DNA from: Balanoglossus misakiensis
Lineage: Eukaryota > Animalia > Hemichordata
Reading direction: 5' to 3'
Assembly (NCBI GenBank): GCA_040954595.2
Contig: CM082577.2
Coordinates: 12,557,654 to 12,621,653, forward strand
DNA: 64,000 nt
The translations under genes and the position numbers were made by a program. Under the pieces are notes generated by a model. That model was given only the letters and a program-made list of their open reading frames with translations, was not told the DNA's origin and searched no databases. Shown piece after piece: positions 10,673-24,083 of this stretch. How positions within the stretch are numbered: the first letter of the stretch is position 1; every line of letters begins with the position of its first letter.

Positions 10673-13600
10673 GCCAATGTCCAGCCTTCAGTACTTCCAA
10701 CCAGATGACTCTGTGGAGATAAAAAATAGATAATGCATGACTGAACAATTACAAAAATAGAGTACACATGTCCAGTCCAGCCCAAAGCCATCACCACCAC
10801 CACCACCACCACAACAGATCCATCTGCAGGCCAATGTCCAGCCTTAGATCTTCCAACCAGATGACTCTGTGGAGATAAAAAAATAGGTAATGCATGACTG
10901 AACAATTACAAAAATAGAGTACACATGTCCAGTCCAGCCCAAAGCCATCACCACCACCACCACCACAGATCCATCTGCAGGCCAATGTCCAGCCTTAGAT
11001 CTTCCAACCAGATGACTCTGTGGAGATACAAAAGAGCTTATGCATGACTGAACAATTACAAAAATAGAGTACACATGTCCAGTCCAGCCCAAAGCCATCA
11101 CCACCACCACCACCACCACAACAGATCCATCTGCAGGCCAATGTCCAGCCTTAGATCTTCCAACCAGATGACTCTGTGGAGATAAAAAAATAGGTAATGC
11201 ATGACTGAACAATTACAAAAATAGAGTACACATGTCCAGTCCAGCCCAAAGCCATCACCACCACCACCACCACAGATCCATCTGCAGGCCAATGTCCAGC
11301 CTTCAGTACTTCCAACCAGATGACTCTGTGGAGATACAAAAGAGCTTATGCATGACCGAACAATCGCAAAAATACAGTACGCATGTCCAGTCCAGCCCAA
11401 AGCCATCACCACCACCACCACCACAACAGATCCATCTGCAGGCCAATGTCCAGCCTTCAGTACTTCCAATCATATGACTCTGTGGAGATAAAAAATAGGT
11501 AATGCATGACTGAACAATTACAAAAATAGAGTACACATGTCCAGTCCAGCCCAAAGCCATCATCACCACCACCAAAGCTCCATCTGCAGGCCAATGTCCA
11601 GCCTTCAGATCTTCCAACCAGATGACTCTGTGGAGATAAAAAAATAGATAATGCATGACCGAACAACCACAAAAATACAGTATACATGTCCAGTCCAGCC
11701 CAAAGCCATCATCACCACCACCAAAGCTCCATCTGCAGGCCAATGTCCAGCCTTAGATCTTCCAACCAGATGACTCTGTGGAGATAAAAAAAATAGGTAA
11801 TGCATGACCGAACAATTACAAAAATACAGTACACATGTCCAGTCCAGCCCAAAGCCATCATCACCACCACCAAAGCTCCATCTGCAGGCCAATGTCCAGC
11901 ATTCAGTACTTCCAACCATACGACTCTGTGGAGATAAAAAATAGGTAATGCATGACTGAACAATTACAAAAATAGAGTTCATATGTCTAGTCCAGCCCAA
12001 AGCTATCATCACCACCACCAAAGCTCCATCTGCAGGCCAACGTCCAGCCTTAGATCTTCCAACCAGATGACTCTGTGGAGATAAAAAAATAGATAATGCA
12101 TGACAGAACAACCACAAAAATACAGTACACATGTCCAGTCCAGCCCAAAGCCATCATCACCACCACCAAAGCTCCATCTGCAGGCCAATGTCCAGCCTTC
12201 AGTACTTCAAACCAGATGACTCTGTGGAGATAAAAAATAGATAATGCATGACCGAACAATCACAAAAATAGAGTACACATGTCCAGTCCAGCCCAAAGCC
12301 ATCATCACCACCACCACAGATCCATCTGCAGGCCAATGTCCAGCCTTCAGTATTTCCAACCAGATGACTCTGTGGAGATAAAAAAAATAGGTAATGCATG
12401 ACCGAACAATTACAAAAATACAGTACACATGTCCAGTCCAGCCCAAAGCCATCACCACCACCACCACAGATCCATCTGCAGGCCAATGTCCAGCCTTCAG
12501 ATCTTCCAACCAGTTGACTCTGTGGAGATAAAAAATAGGTAATGCATGACCGAACAATTACAAAAATAGAGTACACATGTCCAGTCCAGCCCAAAGCCAT
12601 CACCACCACCACCACCACAGATCCATCTGCAGGCCAATGTCCAGCCTTCAAATCTTCCAACCAGTTGACTCTGTGGAGATAAAAAATAGGTAATGCATGA
12701 CCGAACAATTACAAAAATACAGTACATATGTCCAGTCCAGCCCAAAGCCATCACCACCACCACAGATCCATCTGCAGGCCAATGTCCAGCCTTCAGATCT
12801 TCCAACGTGATGACTCTGTGGAGATAAAAAATAGGTAATGCATGACCGAACAATCGCAAAAATACAGTACACATGTCCAGTCCAGCCCAAAGCCATCACC
12901 ACCACCGCCACCACAGATCCATCTGCAGGCCAATGTCCAGCCTTCAGATCTTCCAACCAGATGACTCTGTGGAGATAAAAAAATAGGTAATGCATGACCG
13001 AACAACCACAAAAATACAGTACACATGTCCAGTCCAGCCCAAAGCCATCATCACCACCGCCACCACAGATCCATCTGCAGGCCAATGTCCAGCCTTCAGA
13101 TCTTCCAACGTGATGACTCTGTGGAGATAAAAAATAGGTAATGCATGACCGAACAATCGCAATAATACAGGACACATGTCCAGTCCAGCCCAAAGCCATC
13201 ACCACCACCACCACAGATCCATCTGCAGGCCAATGTCCAGCCTTCAGATCTTCCAACCAGATGACTCTGTGGAGATAAAAAAATAGGTAATGCATGACCG
13301 AACAACCACAAAAATACAGTACACATGTCCAGTCCAGCCCAAAGCCATCATCACCACCGCCACCACAGATCCATCTGCAGGCCAATGTCCAGCCTTCAGA
13401 TCTTCCAACGTGATGACTCTGTGGAGATAAAAAATAGGTAATGCATGACCGAACAATCGCAATAATACAGGACACATGTCCAGTCCAGCCCAAAGCCATC
13501 ACCACCACCACCACAGATCCATCTGCAGGCCAATGTCCAGCCTTCAGATCTTCCAACCAGATGACTCTGTGGAGATAAAAAAATAGGTAATGCATGACCG

Positions 13601-15197
13601 AACAACCACAAAAATACAGTACACATGTCCAGTCCAGCCCAAAGCCATCATCACCACCACCAAAGCTCCATCTGCAGGCCAATGTCCAGCCTTCAGTACT
13701 TCAAACCAGATGACTCTGTGGAGATAAAAAATAGATAATGCATGACCGAACAATCACAAAAATAGAGTACACATGTCCAGTCCAGCCCAAAGCCATCATC
13801 ACCACCACCACAGATCCATCTGCAGGCCAATGTCCAGCCTTCAGTATTTCCAACCAGATGACTCTGTGGAGATAAAAAATATAGGTAATGCATGACCGAA
13901 CAATTACAAAAATACAGTACACATGTCCAGTCCAGCCCAAAGCCATCACCACCACCACCACAGATCCATCTGCAGGCCAATGTCCAGCCTTCAGATCTTC
14001 CAACCAGTTGACTCTGTGGAGATAAAAAATAGGTAATGCATGACCGAACAATTACAAAAATAGAGTACACATGTCCAGTCCAGCCCAAAGCCATCACCAC
14101 CACCACCACCACAGATCCATCTGCAGGCCAATGTCCAGCCTTCAGATCTTCCAACCAGTTGACTCTGTGGAGATAAAAAATAGGTAATGCATGACCGAAC
14201 AATTACAAAAATAGAGTACACATGTCCAGTCCAGCCCAAAGCCATCACCACCACCACCACCACAGATCCATCTGCAGGCCAATGTCCAGCCTTCAGATCT
14301 TCCAACCAGTTGACTCTGTGGAGATAAAAAATAGGTAATGCATGACCGAACAATTACAAAAATAGAGTACACATGTCCAGTCCAGCCCAAAGCCATCATC
14401 ACCACCACCACAGATCCATCTGCAGGCCAATGTCCAGCCTTCAGTATTTCCAACCAGATGACTCTGTGGAGATAAAAAATATAGGTAATGCATGACCGAA
14501 CAATTACAAAAATACAGTACACATGTCCAGTCCAGCCCAAAGCCATCACCACCACCACCACAGATCCATCTGCAGGCCAATGTCCAGCCTTCAAATCTTC
14601 CAACCAGTTGACTCTGTGGAGATAAAAAATAGGTAATGCATGACCGAACAATTACAAAAATACAGTACATATGTCCAGTCCAGCCCAAAGCCATCACCAC
14701 CACCACAGATCCATCTGCAGGCCAATGTCCAGCCTTCAGATCTTCCAACGTGATGACTCTGTGGAGATAAAAAATAGGTAATGCATGACCGAACAATCGC
14801 AAAAATACAGTACACATGTCCAGTCCAGCCCAAAGCCATCACCACCACCGCCACCACAGATCCATCTGCAGGCCAATGTCCAGCCTTCAGATCTTCCAAC
14901 CAGATGACTCTGTGGAGATAAAAAAAATAGGTAATGCATGACCGAACAATCGCAAAAATAGAGTACACATGTCCAGTCCAGCCCAAAGCCATCACCACCA
15001 CCACCACAGATCCATCTGCAGGCCAATGTCCAGCCTTCAGATCTTCCAACCAGATGACTCTGTGGAGATAAAAAATAGGTAATGCATGACCGAACAATTA
15101 CAAAAATAGAGTACACATGTCCAGTCCAGCCCAAAGCCATCACCACCACCACCACCAAAGCTCCATCTGCAAGCCAATGTCCAGCCTTCAGTATTTC
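10673..15197. repeat. Satellite array, monomer about 148-155 bp, about 30 copies, with internal variable (CCA)n
   Basis: Monomer gccaatgtccagccttcagatcttccaaccagatgactctgtggagataaaaaataggtaatgcatgaccgaacaattacaaaaatagagtacacatgtccagtccagcccaaagccatca(cca)n cagatccatctgcag, repeated head-to-tail. Confidence 0.97.
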
Positions 15198-15294
15198 TAA
15201 CTTGATGTTTTTGAAAAATACCAATGAATCGCGCTGTTTCATTCAAGTTTGTTGCCAAAGTCACTTATCATTTAACGAAAACATCGCGATTGTC

Positions 15295-16979
15295 TAACTT
15301 TCCCCCAAACCGGTCAAATTCACAGAAAATGCAATAAACATCGCGTTTGTCTACAAAAATCTCTGTACCCAGCCGTGGCCGGATGATACCGGGCGCATAA
15401 CTTTCCCCCAAACCGGTCAAAGTCACAGAAAATGCAGTAAACATCGCGTGTGTCTACAAAAATCTCTGTACCCAGCCGTGGCCGGATGATACCGGGCGCA
15501 TAACTTTCCCCAAAACTGGTCAAATTCACAGAAAATGCAGTAAACATCGCGTGTGTCTACAAAAATCTCTGTACCGAGCCGTGGCCGGATGATACCGGGC
15601 GCATAACTTTCCCCAAAACTGGTCAAATTTACAGAAAATGCAGTAAACATCGCGTGTGTCTACAAGAATCTCTGTACCCAGCCGTGGCCGGATGATACCG
15701 GGCGCATAACTTTCCCCAAAACTGGTCAAATTCACAGAAAATGAAATAAACATCGCGTGTGTCTACAAAAATCTCTGTACCCAGCCGTGGCACGATGATA
15801 CCGGGCGCATAACTTTTTCCCAAAACCGGTCAAATTCACAGAAAATGAAATAAACATCGCGTGTGTCTACAAAAATCTCTGTACCCAGCCGTGGCACGAT
15901 GATACCGGGCGCATAACTTTCCCCAAAACCGATCAAAGTCACAGAAAATGCAGTAAACATAGCGTGTGTCTACAAAAATCTCTGTAGCCAGCCGTGGCAC
16001 GATGATACCGGGCGCCTAACTTTCCCCAAAACCGGTCAAATTCATAGAAAATGCACATCGCGTGTGTCTACAAAAATCTCTGTACCCAGCCGTGGCCGGA
16101 TGATACCGGGCGCATAACTTTTCCCAAAACCGGTCAAATTCACACAAAAATGCAGTAAACATCGCGTGTGTCTACAAAAATCTCTGTACCGAGCCGTGGC
16201 ACGATGATACCGGGCGCATAACTTTCCCCAAAACCAGTCAAATTCATAGAAAATGCAATAAACATCGCGTGTGTCTACACAAATCTCTGTACCGAGCCGT
16301 ATAGCACGATGACACCGGGCGCATAACTTTCCCCAAAACCAGTCAAATTCATAGAAAATGCAATAAACATCGCGTGTGTCTACACATATCTCTGTACCGA
16401 GCCGTTGCACGATGATACCGGGCGCATAACTTTCCCCAAAACCGGTCAAATTCACACAAAAATGCAGTAAACATCGCGTGTGTCTACAAAAATCTCTGTA
16501 CCCAGCCGTGGCCGGATGACACCGGGCGCATAACTTTCCCCAAAACTGGTCAAATTCACAGAAAATGCAGTAAACATCGCGTGTGTCTACAAAAATCTCT
16601 GTACCCAGCCGTGGCACGATGATACCGGGCGCATAACTTTCCCCAAAACCGGTCAAAGTCACAGAAAATGCAGTAAACATAGCGTGTGTCTACAAAAATC
16701 TCTGTAGCCAGCCGTGGCACGATGATACCGGGCGCATAACTTTCCCCAAAACCGGTCAAATTCACAGAAAATGCAGTAAACATCGCGTGTGTCTACAAAA
16801 ATCTCTGTACCCAGCCGTGGCACGATGATACCGGGCGCATAACTTTCCCCAAAACCGGTCAAATTCACAGAAAATGAAATAAACTTCGCGTGGGTCTACA
16901 AAAATCTCTGTACCGAGCCGTAGCACGATGTGTGTCGATGATACCGGGCGCATAACTTTCCCCAAACCGGTAAAAATTC
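15295..16979. repeat. Satellite array, 103-bp monomer, about 16 copies, CpG-rich
   Basis: Monomer taactttccccaaaaccggtcaaattcacagaaaatgcagtaaacatcgcgtgtgtctacaaaaatctctgtacccagccgtggc(c/a)(g/c)gatgataccgggcgca. ORF-track offsets are 103. Confidence 0.97.
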
Positions 16980-17739
16980 AGAAAATCTTATCTGTTTAGT
17001 ATTGCACGTTGGAGATCCGGTCATGAGAGACGTTTGCTTGGACCCAGCTCGGTTCAATCTGCCAAAGTTCCATTGTTCCTGTTAAAAAATATTCAAATAT
17101 ATTCAAACGGTATGGTTCATATGTGCAAATTCCGCAGCACTATGTCGTTCATTTGTGTGTCGGCCCAACTGGAATAACCATTGTACAAATAAGGCGATTG
17201 TCACATTGGCGATTATCGATTTATTTCATCAGTGAGACAAAAGAGTGACCGAATGATATTTGCATGTAAAGACTTGGAAAGGGAAAACACTATTAACACC
17301 TATTACAGCGCCAGGAGAACAAGTGGCAAATTCAACCCCGCGTGTTTACAATGATTGCACTTGCCTTTATTATATCACTGGGAATTTAAATTTTGGGCGG
17401 GCTGTATCGGCGAAAAATAAAGCGAATGGCAGCCGTGACTCTTGAAATAGTTTGTCGAAACTTCTTAATTTTTGTCTTATTTAGATAATTGTGAATGTCT
17501 CGCAGTATCTGACAAATAGCAGGAGACAACTTATACATGTGCAAATTAAGGCGCTGCATTTTAAACTAGATTTTTGGGGTCAAATTACACACTTTGAGAC
17601 AAATCGATTTGTCGTATGCCGATGCTTAAACATGTCCTGGTGGAAAATGTGATCAAACATTCTCGCGAGCCAGGGTCATCTATCTCCTGGTAACTCAGAA
17701 ACTGTTGCTGTAAAGAGGTCGTGGTTTACGATGAAGGTT

Positions 17740-17832
17740 TTAACCCCTTCACCACTATGGTTCTGTCCCAAACCCATTGTTTTCTATGGTAAGTTTGGAC
17801 CTCTACACAGTGAACTGGGGTGAAAGGGTTCA
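17740..17832. mobile_element. Tiny piggyBac-like MITE
   Basis: ttaa-ccccttcacc ... ggtgaaaggg-ttca. Confidence 0.45.
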
Positions 17833-19059
17833 ACGCAGGGCCCCTTGGTTAAAAAATGGTACCAAGTTCATGTGACACATTATTTCATTGTTTACAAAAT
17901 AGCACATCTCGATATATTTCTTACTTTTTCTCAAAACTTCAAAGCTGGGACGAATATACGTTATCCGAGAGAGACATAAACATTTAATGTTCTATACGCG
18001 TCGTTTCCAATCCCTGTTAAGGTATACTAGTCCCAGTTCAAAGTAAGTTTGAATTTGGCTCTGTGTAAATTTCAACAGCATTTCAAAACCATGGTCTTTC
18101 TGCTTTGGATGAAATATTGAATTTAAGGTGACATGCACTTTTCAAATAAAATTCTTTCCTATTAGCCTACATTACCTAAATGAGGTATATTGGTTGGCCG
18201 AAATGTGCCACGGATTCATAAGTCCCATAAATAGTAAATAGCGCACAAATCATGGCGGCGTCTTGTGCTAGGGTTGTTTCGAATGCGACAATGACACTTT
18301 TGCCAAACATTCTAATTCTTATTCGTTCTAAGAACGCGTCTATGACGTCGCCAAATAATGAACTTCCCATGCTGCACAGGGCGCCCTCTATTGGCCGAAT
18401 GCTTTGTGTGCGTTCGAAGATAGGCACGGTATTTTCGCCTTTCAAAATAAAAAAATTGTGCCGTTTCCCTAATTGTAGCGCCCACTCGCGCCATTCTCTG
18501 TCAAGTTTTCACCTCTGTATGGCCAGGAGTTTTTTGTGTTTCAGAGGAGTTGGGATTTTTTTTCTGGAGAGCCTTAGGCCCTAAACTGTACATAACATGC
18601 ATTCAAAACGGCTCTTGATGGTGTAAATACTGCTTGTAGCAGTGAAGGTTTGAAATAATATAATGCATATGAATTTTCTTTATGACTTATGCTTTGTTTC
18701 CTCATCGTCTCGAGATAGGCCATGAATGCACTGTTTACGTACTGACTGCTGTGTGCTCTCCACCTATCCGGAGAACGGGACAGTTGCAATACGTGGATTA
18801 CGAGATCACTGACTGGGTGACAGGGTAGCCCTGCGTACAGGTCTGTGTGCTCCCGGCGTTACACGGCCTCAATCACCGTGTAACACGGGGGGGGGGGGGG
18901 GGGGCTGTAACCGCCCTGGTCTTCACATACTTAGAGGGTCGGAAAAACTACTGCCAACGGGTAGAGTTTACTTATCAGGCGATTAGTAATCTCGTCTTAT
19001 GTTTTAATTTCTGCAGTCGTGTTATGGTTCAATACAAGCGGAGAACAGTGGCGAGACCC

Positions 19060-19130
19060 CCTTTTGGATTTCAAAATTTAGGTGATCCCCTGGATTTTGC
19101 CGACCCCAGCAATAAAAACTGAACGGTCCC
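19060..19130. mobile_element. Orphan right end of a PIF/Harbinger-type MITE
   Basis: taaaaactgaacggtccc-tta matches the right TIR of the element at 52058-53020. It marks where homology to the upstream regions of the other oxidase copies begins. Confidence 0.6.
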
Positions 19131-20022
19131 TTAGTACAGTGGCTCGTGTTCCGGGTAATCAAGGTGACGTGGGGCTGACGTACATGAGTGTCTCTCAGTT
19201 GCTGGCCCAACGAGACTACTCAGTAAACAAACAACAGTGCATTCAAGGTTCACTGCAATCACATGACATGCCATATATGCGAGTGTGAAGGTCGAAGACT
19301 CAGCTAGAACTCGCACAGAAACGCCCTAATCCCTTGTTCCCAGTGCATTCCCTGGTACGCAAGCACACCACCGATTTACATTCAATCGTAGATTCGTTGC
19401 TTCTGTAGTGCGGGAGCAAAGGTAGGTAGTGGTGTAGAAACTTCATGATGGTCGACGTCATTGGGCTATCCACGCCAAAGGTTAGTTGTAAGAAGTACAG
19501 TCCCTCTGTATTACGTACGCAGCTGTATACCGTTGGGGTGGGGGCTGATCCCCCCCCCCCCCGGTACAGCTGCGTTACTGTAAAACGGGGGGGGGGGGGG
19601 AGGCATCTCCTTGCTTCAGAAACGGTTGAATAGAGACAGCGGTGTGAGGTGACGTTTTAACCTCTGTTTGGTCTTCTGCTCCCGTCTGCCTGATCGCGAA
19701 CAGCACAGACAAAACAAAGCAAAGGTGGACGCTGTCTATCAACTGTACACCTAGGTTTCAATCAGAATGAACTGTATGATGTATGCACTCCAAATTTGAT
19801 TACATGAAGCAAACAAAAATAACTCCTTGGACATATTTTGGATGGCAAATAGCATTATAACTGTAGGAATGTTCTGTGCGACCGTACTTTGTGTCAAGAT
19901 GACCTTGTATTGACCGATGACCCTGCATTGGCGCGCGACAATTAAAACTAGTGCCATAAGAGACTATGGGCTGTCAGGTGATCTGTAATACTTGGATGGC
20001 TTTCGAACTTCACTATAGGAAA

Positions 20023-23000
20023 ATGGCGACACATGAGAAAATGTATGATTTGTGTATTGTCGGCGCAGGCCTTATGGGGTCTGCGGCAGCCAGACATGCT
20101 ACATTGCTTGTCCCGGAGTTGAAAGTCTGTCTGATTGGTCCAAAAGAACCAAAGGTAAGATGAGAATCCATTGATAACATCGCTAAATATAATACTAATA
20201 AACTACGTTGTCACTTATCAACTTCACGTCATGTTGAGTCAGAGAGAGGGAGAGAGAGAGAGATAGGGGGGGGGGAGAGAAATGTCTTTATCTGTGCAAT
20301 TCCATCAGCAGAGAAAGGGATTTGCTTCGATATCAAATGACGTCAGACGCAGTTCTGTTGGATTTCAAATTTCCAGCTGGCGTGCTACTTCAGAGGCACG
20401 TGACTGACGCTTCTAAAGTATAAATAGACCCGGAAACAAACTTTTACTGGATGCCGAATTATTGCTTGCAGTTCAGTGGGTCACATGGCCAGATCACGTG
20501 ATTGATATTAAATAATTGTGTGTTGGGCCTCGTGCCTCTATTTTGTGTGTGTGCAATGATGAATTTCGTGCTGTTCTCCTTGCAGGACATGCGTGAGTGC
20601 ACCCACGGAATCTTTGCGTCCCACTACGATGAAGGACGCATAGCAACGGTGCTTTTGAGCGAAGTCATCGGAGTCGAGCTAGCGAAAAGGAGCATGGCTC
20701 GATACAGAGATACAGAGCAACGAACAGGTAGAAATTATGTCTCTTTCTCAAATTCTCGATTCGAAAACTTCAAGTTTGCGTTTTAATACATATGACGATG
20801 GCAAAGCTGAATTACTTTTGTTGGCATTTTATCAAGAATGAAATGTTTTCATTATATACCGAACACTGTCCTGAAACATGGCTTCTAGTTCTGAAATACA
20901 TGTGAACATGGATTTTAACCATGCATGGTAGGATCACAAGGTAATATATACCACCGGGAGTTTGAGCAAATGACAAATATGTAGAGTAAAACTTCAAATT
21001 ATTGGGATAAGAAAACCCTTCACGAGAAATATCCCTAGGCCTACATGTCTCTCAGACAGACGGAGGAACATATGTTCAGAGGCAGGTGATCACGCATGCG
21101 CATGGTAGCTGATTAATGCACCACCATTTCCAAGGCTGTGATGTAATCAGGTGACTGACGTTGACCAATCAAGTAGTGGTGTACTGTGGAGTCAAGGCAT
21201 GACTAGGTTTGATAAAACGTGTCTTATTCTTTTCAGGCATTGATTTCTATAAACAAGTTGGTCACATTGTACTAGGCCCACAAGGTAACACATTCCACAA
21301 AAAAGTTGCGCAAGCGAATGCGAAAATGTCGAATAAAATATCAATTTGGGATAGGACAACTGTTATGGAGAGGTACCCATACCTGTCAGTGAGAAAAGAA
21401 GATGATGCGGTCTTGTTTTGCGAGAAAGATGGTCACGTGAGTCCACGGAAGCTTGTTGATGCGCAACAAACAGCGGCTCATTTCCAAGGCTGTGATATAT
21501 TCAATGACGTTGTAGATCAGGTGACTGAAGTTGACCAACCAGGTGATGGAAAGCACATGAAGGTATCCACAGCCAATGGTGGGATATATCGTGCAAGGAA
21601 GGTACTGCTTACACCAGGGGCTTTCATTGGATTTCGGGATTTACTCCCTCCCGGGAAGGAACTTGACCTAACGTTATATAAACATAGACTGTTCTTCGTC
21701 GAAATATCAGAAAACGACGTGAAACGATTGAGAGAAATGCCCACGCTTGTATGGAAGCACGATTTCGAAGGACGGCGTTGCTACATCTTACCACCCATCA
21801 AATACCCAGACGGTAAATATTAAACTCAACAAATGGTAGTTTTTTGTATCTCTATTATGGGGGTCACACACACCATTAAAACGGTTCTGATGCGTCGCAG
21901 ATAAGATACCATCTTAAAAACGTGTGGACGGTGTAAAGTGGTTCTGAAACTGCCTAGATTTGAGACGGCTTTGCTGGCCAGACCTGAGCTGGTGTAAGGT
22001 TTAACACCTCTTCGCAACCAATTGTCTATTTGGCCGAGCCTCAGCGCCCGTACATAAATGCAACATTTTCATTGTTTTTTGCATTTTCCCACGGTGGCGG
22101 CCATATTCGCTTGTGGCAAAGCTTTATTATTTAGCTGGTTAAAACTTGCATATGCAGTCATATTTAGGGTTTATAATGCTTGTGTATAGATCACTGCCTT
22201 CATCTGCATGAACTAATGGTAGTGCAGTTTGAAACAAAAATTATGAAAATTATCCCAAAATTTGCAGCTTATGTGCCTTTAATGCTCTGTGTTTATAGTG
22301 TCTCACCTGTGTGGACCTGGTATATGTTCACGCAAGTGTGAGTGTTAAAACATAAATCATGCATCCTCATTCGAGTGCGACTTGAGCTTCCTTAATACCG
22401 TCTTCGATTACTAAAGTGATTAGGCCTATCACAGTTGCTCCGCAGTGCCATCTTAAGACCAAATGGATATTGAACGCTCCTACTGATATTTTCCACACAA
22501 AATAGTCATGAAAAAAGATCATAAAACTCAGAAAATCCAGAAAACAGAATTATCCAATTGATTTCTGCATACTTTCTGGACCCCTTTCCCCAACGAACTG
22601 TCATTAGATATATGTTATACGTTCGCTTCTCAGGCAAGTACTACATTAAAATAGGACAACGCACATTTGGGGAGCCACGTACTGCTGCTGAAGTGGCCGA
22701 ATATTTCAAGCAGGACCCTTCTAAAATCGATGCAGACCAACATCTCCTCGATTTGCTCTTGGAGCTAGTGAAAGGTAAAAACACACGAAAAAGTTTCTTA
22801 GTAAGTCGTCACGGCACAATTTTGAGAGCAAACTTATGAGAATGGAACATCCAACAAAATGGCCCTTGTTTAACTGATAATGCGAAGATTCGAACAATTA
22901 TTGCTGTGTCACAGATTCTTAGGAATTCTGCCAAGATTTCTTCAGAAACACAACGTTTTAATCACACGAAGTTGGATCGAGCTGCACAGAAGGAATGCGT

Positions 23001-23802
23001 CTGACCATCAACTTTGCCGATCAACATTGTCTCTTTTTAACTGTGGCTGACAGCAATACCTATACAATAACTCTGTTATCAAGCGATGATTGCAACTATT
23101 TATACAACCACTTTGTTCTTATCAAGTAGACTGATGAAAAAATGGTGGTCAGTACGTTCATTCTGAGTATTCCTCAATCCATTTTCATCACCACCTTGCA
23201 TTCTTAACCGTCTGCATGTAGGTACGTGTAACAGCAGTATGCTCTAACAAAACGTAGGTTGAGCTTTTGGGTCCAAAACTGATAATGAACGTGTTCAAGT
23301 TGGTTGACTTTCAAATGCAGTTTACTACGTAAATTCTGTCTTATAACATTGTCTCCACAGTTCCATATATATGTTACATATTGGCTTTCAAACATGTGCC
23401 TCCAGATCAAACTCTTTATTGCAACTGCTTGGATGTGACATTCCGGCTTTATATTCACTGATGTAACCACCTATTGCTTGACCAACTATCTATCAGGACA
23501 GTTGTCCGTAAATGTCAATATCAATAAGATTTTTCACTATTTTAACAGATCTTGAAATCGTGTCCGTACGCGGAGGTTCCTGCGTTACAACACACACCCC
23601 TAATGCGGAAATCTACTGTGACATGATCACTCCAACCCTTGGAGTTGCGACTGGCGGAAATGGATACTCTGCCATGTCATCGGATGAAATTGGTAGAATG
23701 GCCGCTCGGATGATTATTTCTGGAAAATGGGACCATGATCTTCCAAAGGAGAAGTTTCGAGCAGTGTTCAAGACTAAACCAAAAATGAGTGCTAAACTTT
23801 AA
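20023..23802 (+). CDS. Peroxisomal FAD-dependent oxidoreductase, sarcosine/pipecolate oxidase (MSOX/DAO) family, copy 1, 414 aa
   Basis: GT-AG exons 20023-20154, 20586-20727, 21237-21812, 22634-22774 and 23549-23802 give 1245 nt in frame. GAGLMG dinucleotide motif, SHYDEGR, YILPPIKYPDG, KIG, the flavinylation-position Cys (GSCVTT), GGNGYSA and C-terminal SAKL (PTS1). Confidence 0.92.
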
Positions 23803-24083
23803 CTGGGTAGTCTTTCGGTGCGTTTTTTATGATCCAATCTCATTTACACTTATGCCTGGGTGTTGACTAAACACTCCAAAGTTTAATTCTTTATTAACTT
23901 TTGACGATTTTCGATTTCATGTCTAGGAAAAATCTTTACTTTTGACATTGGCATCTGTATTCTGTCTACCCTGTACGTATTGTGTAGCTTCAGGTATAAG
24001 ACCTGGATTGCGCAATTATTTCTTATTAATCACCGCTGAATATTATGTACAAAATCTATTTAAAGGCACCTATCTCCTAGAGA

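Noticed and set aside
10507-15297. Many overlapping ORFs (up to 344 aa) in the 150-bp array
   Set aside because: Monomer lengths are not constant multiples of 3 and frames switch at random. These are satellite translation artefacts.
15295-16979. 103-bp array as a CRISPR or an RNA-gene (5S/tRNA) cluster
   Set aside because: No unique spacers, no cas genes, eukaryotic context, and no recognisable Pol III boxes or cloverleaf.
18252-18584. 110-aa ORF MAASCARVV
   Set aside because: No recognisable domain and no supported downstream exons.
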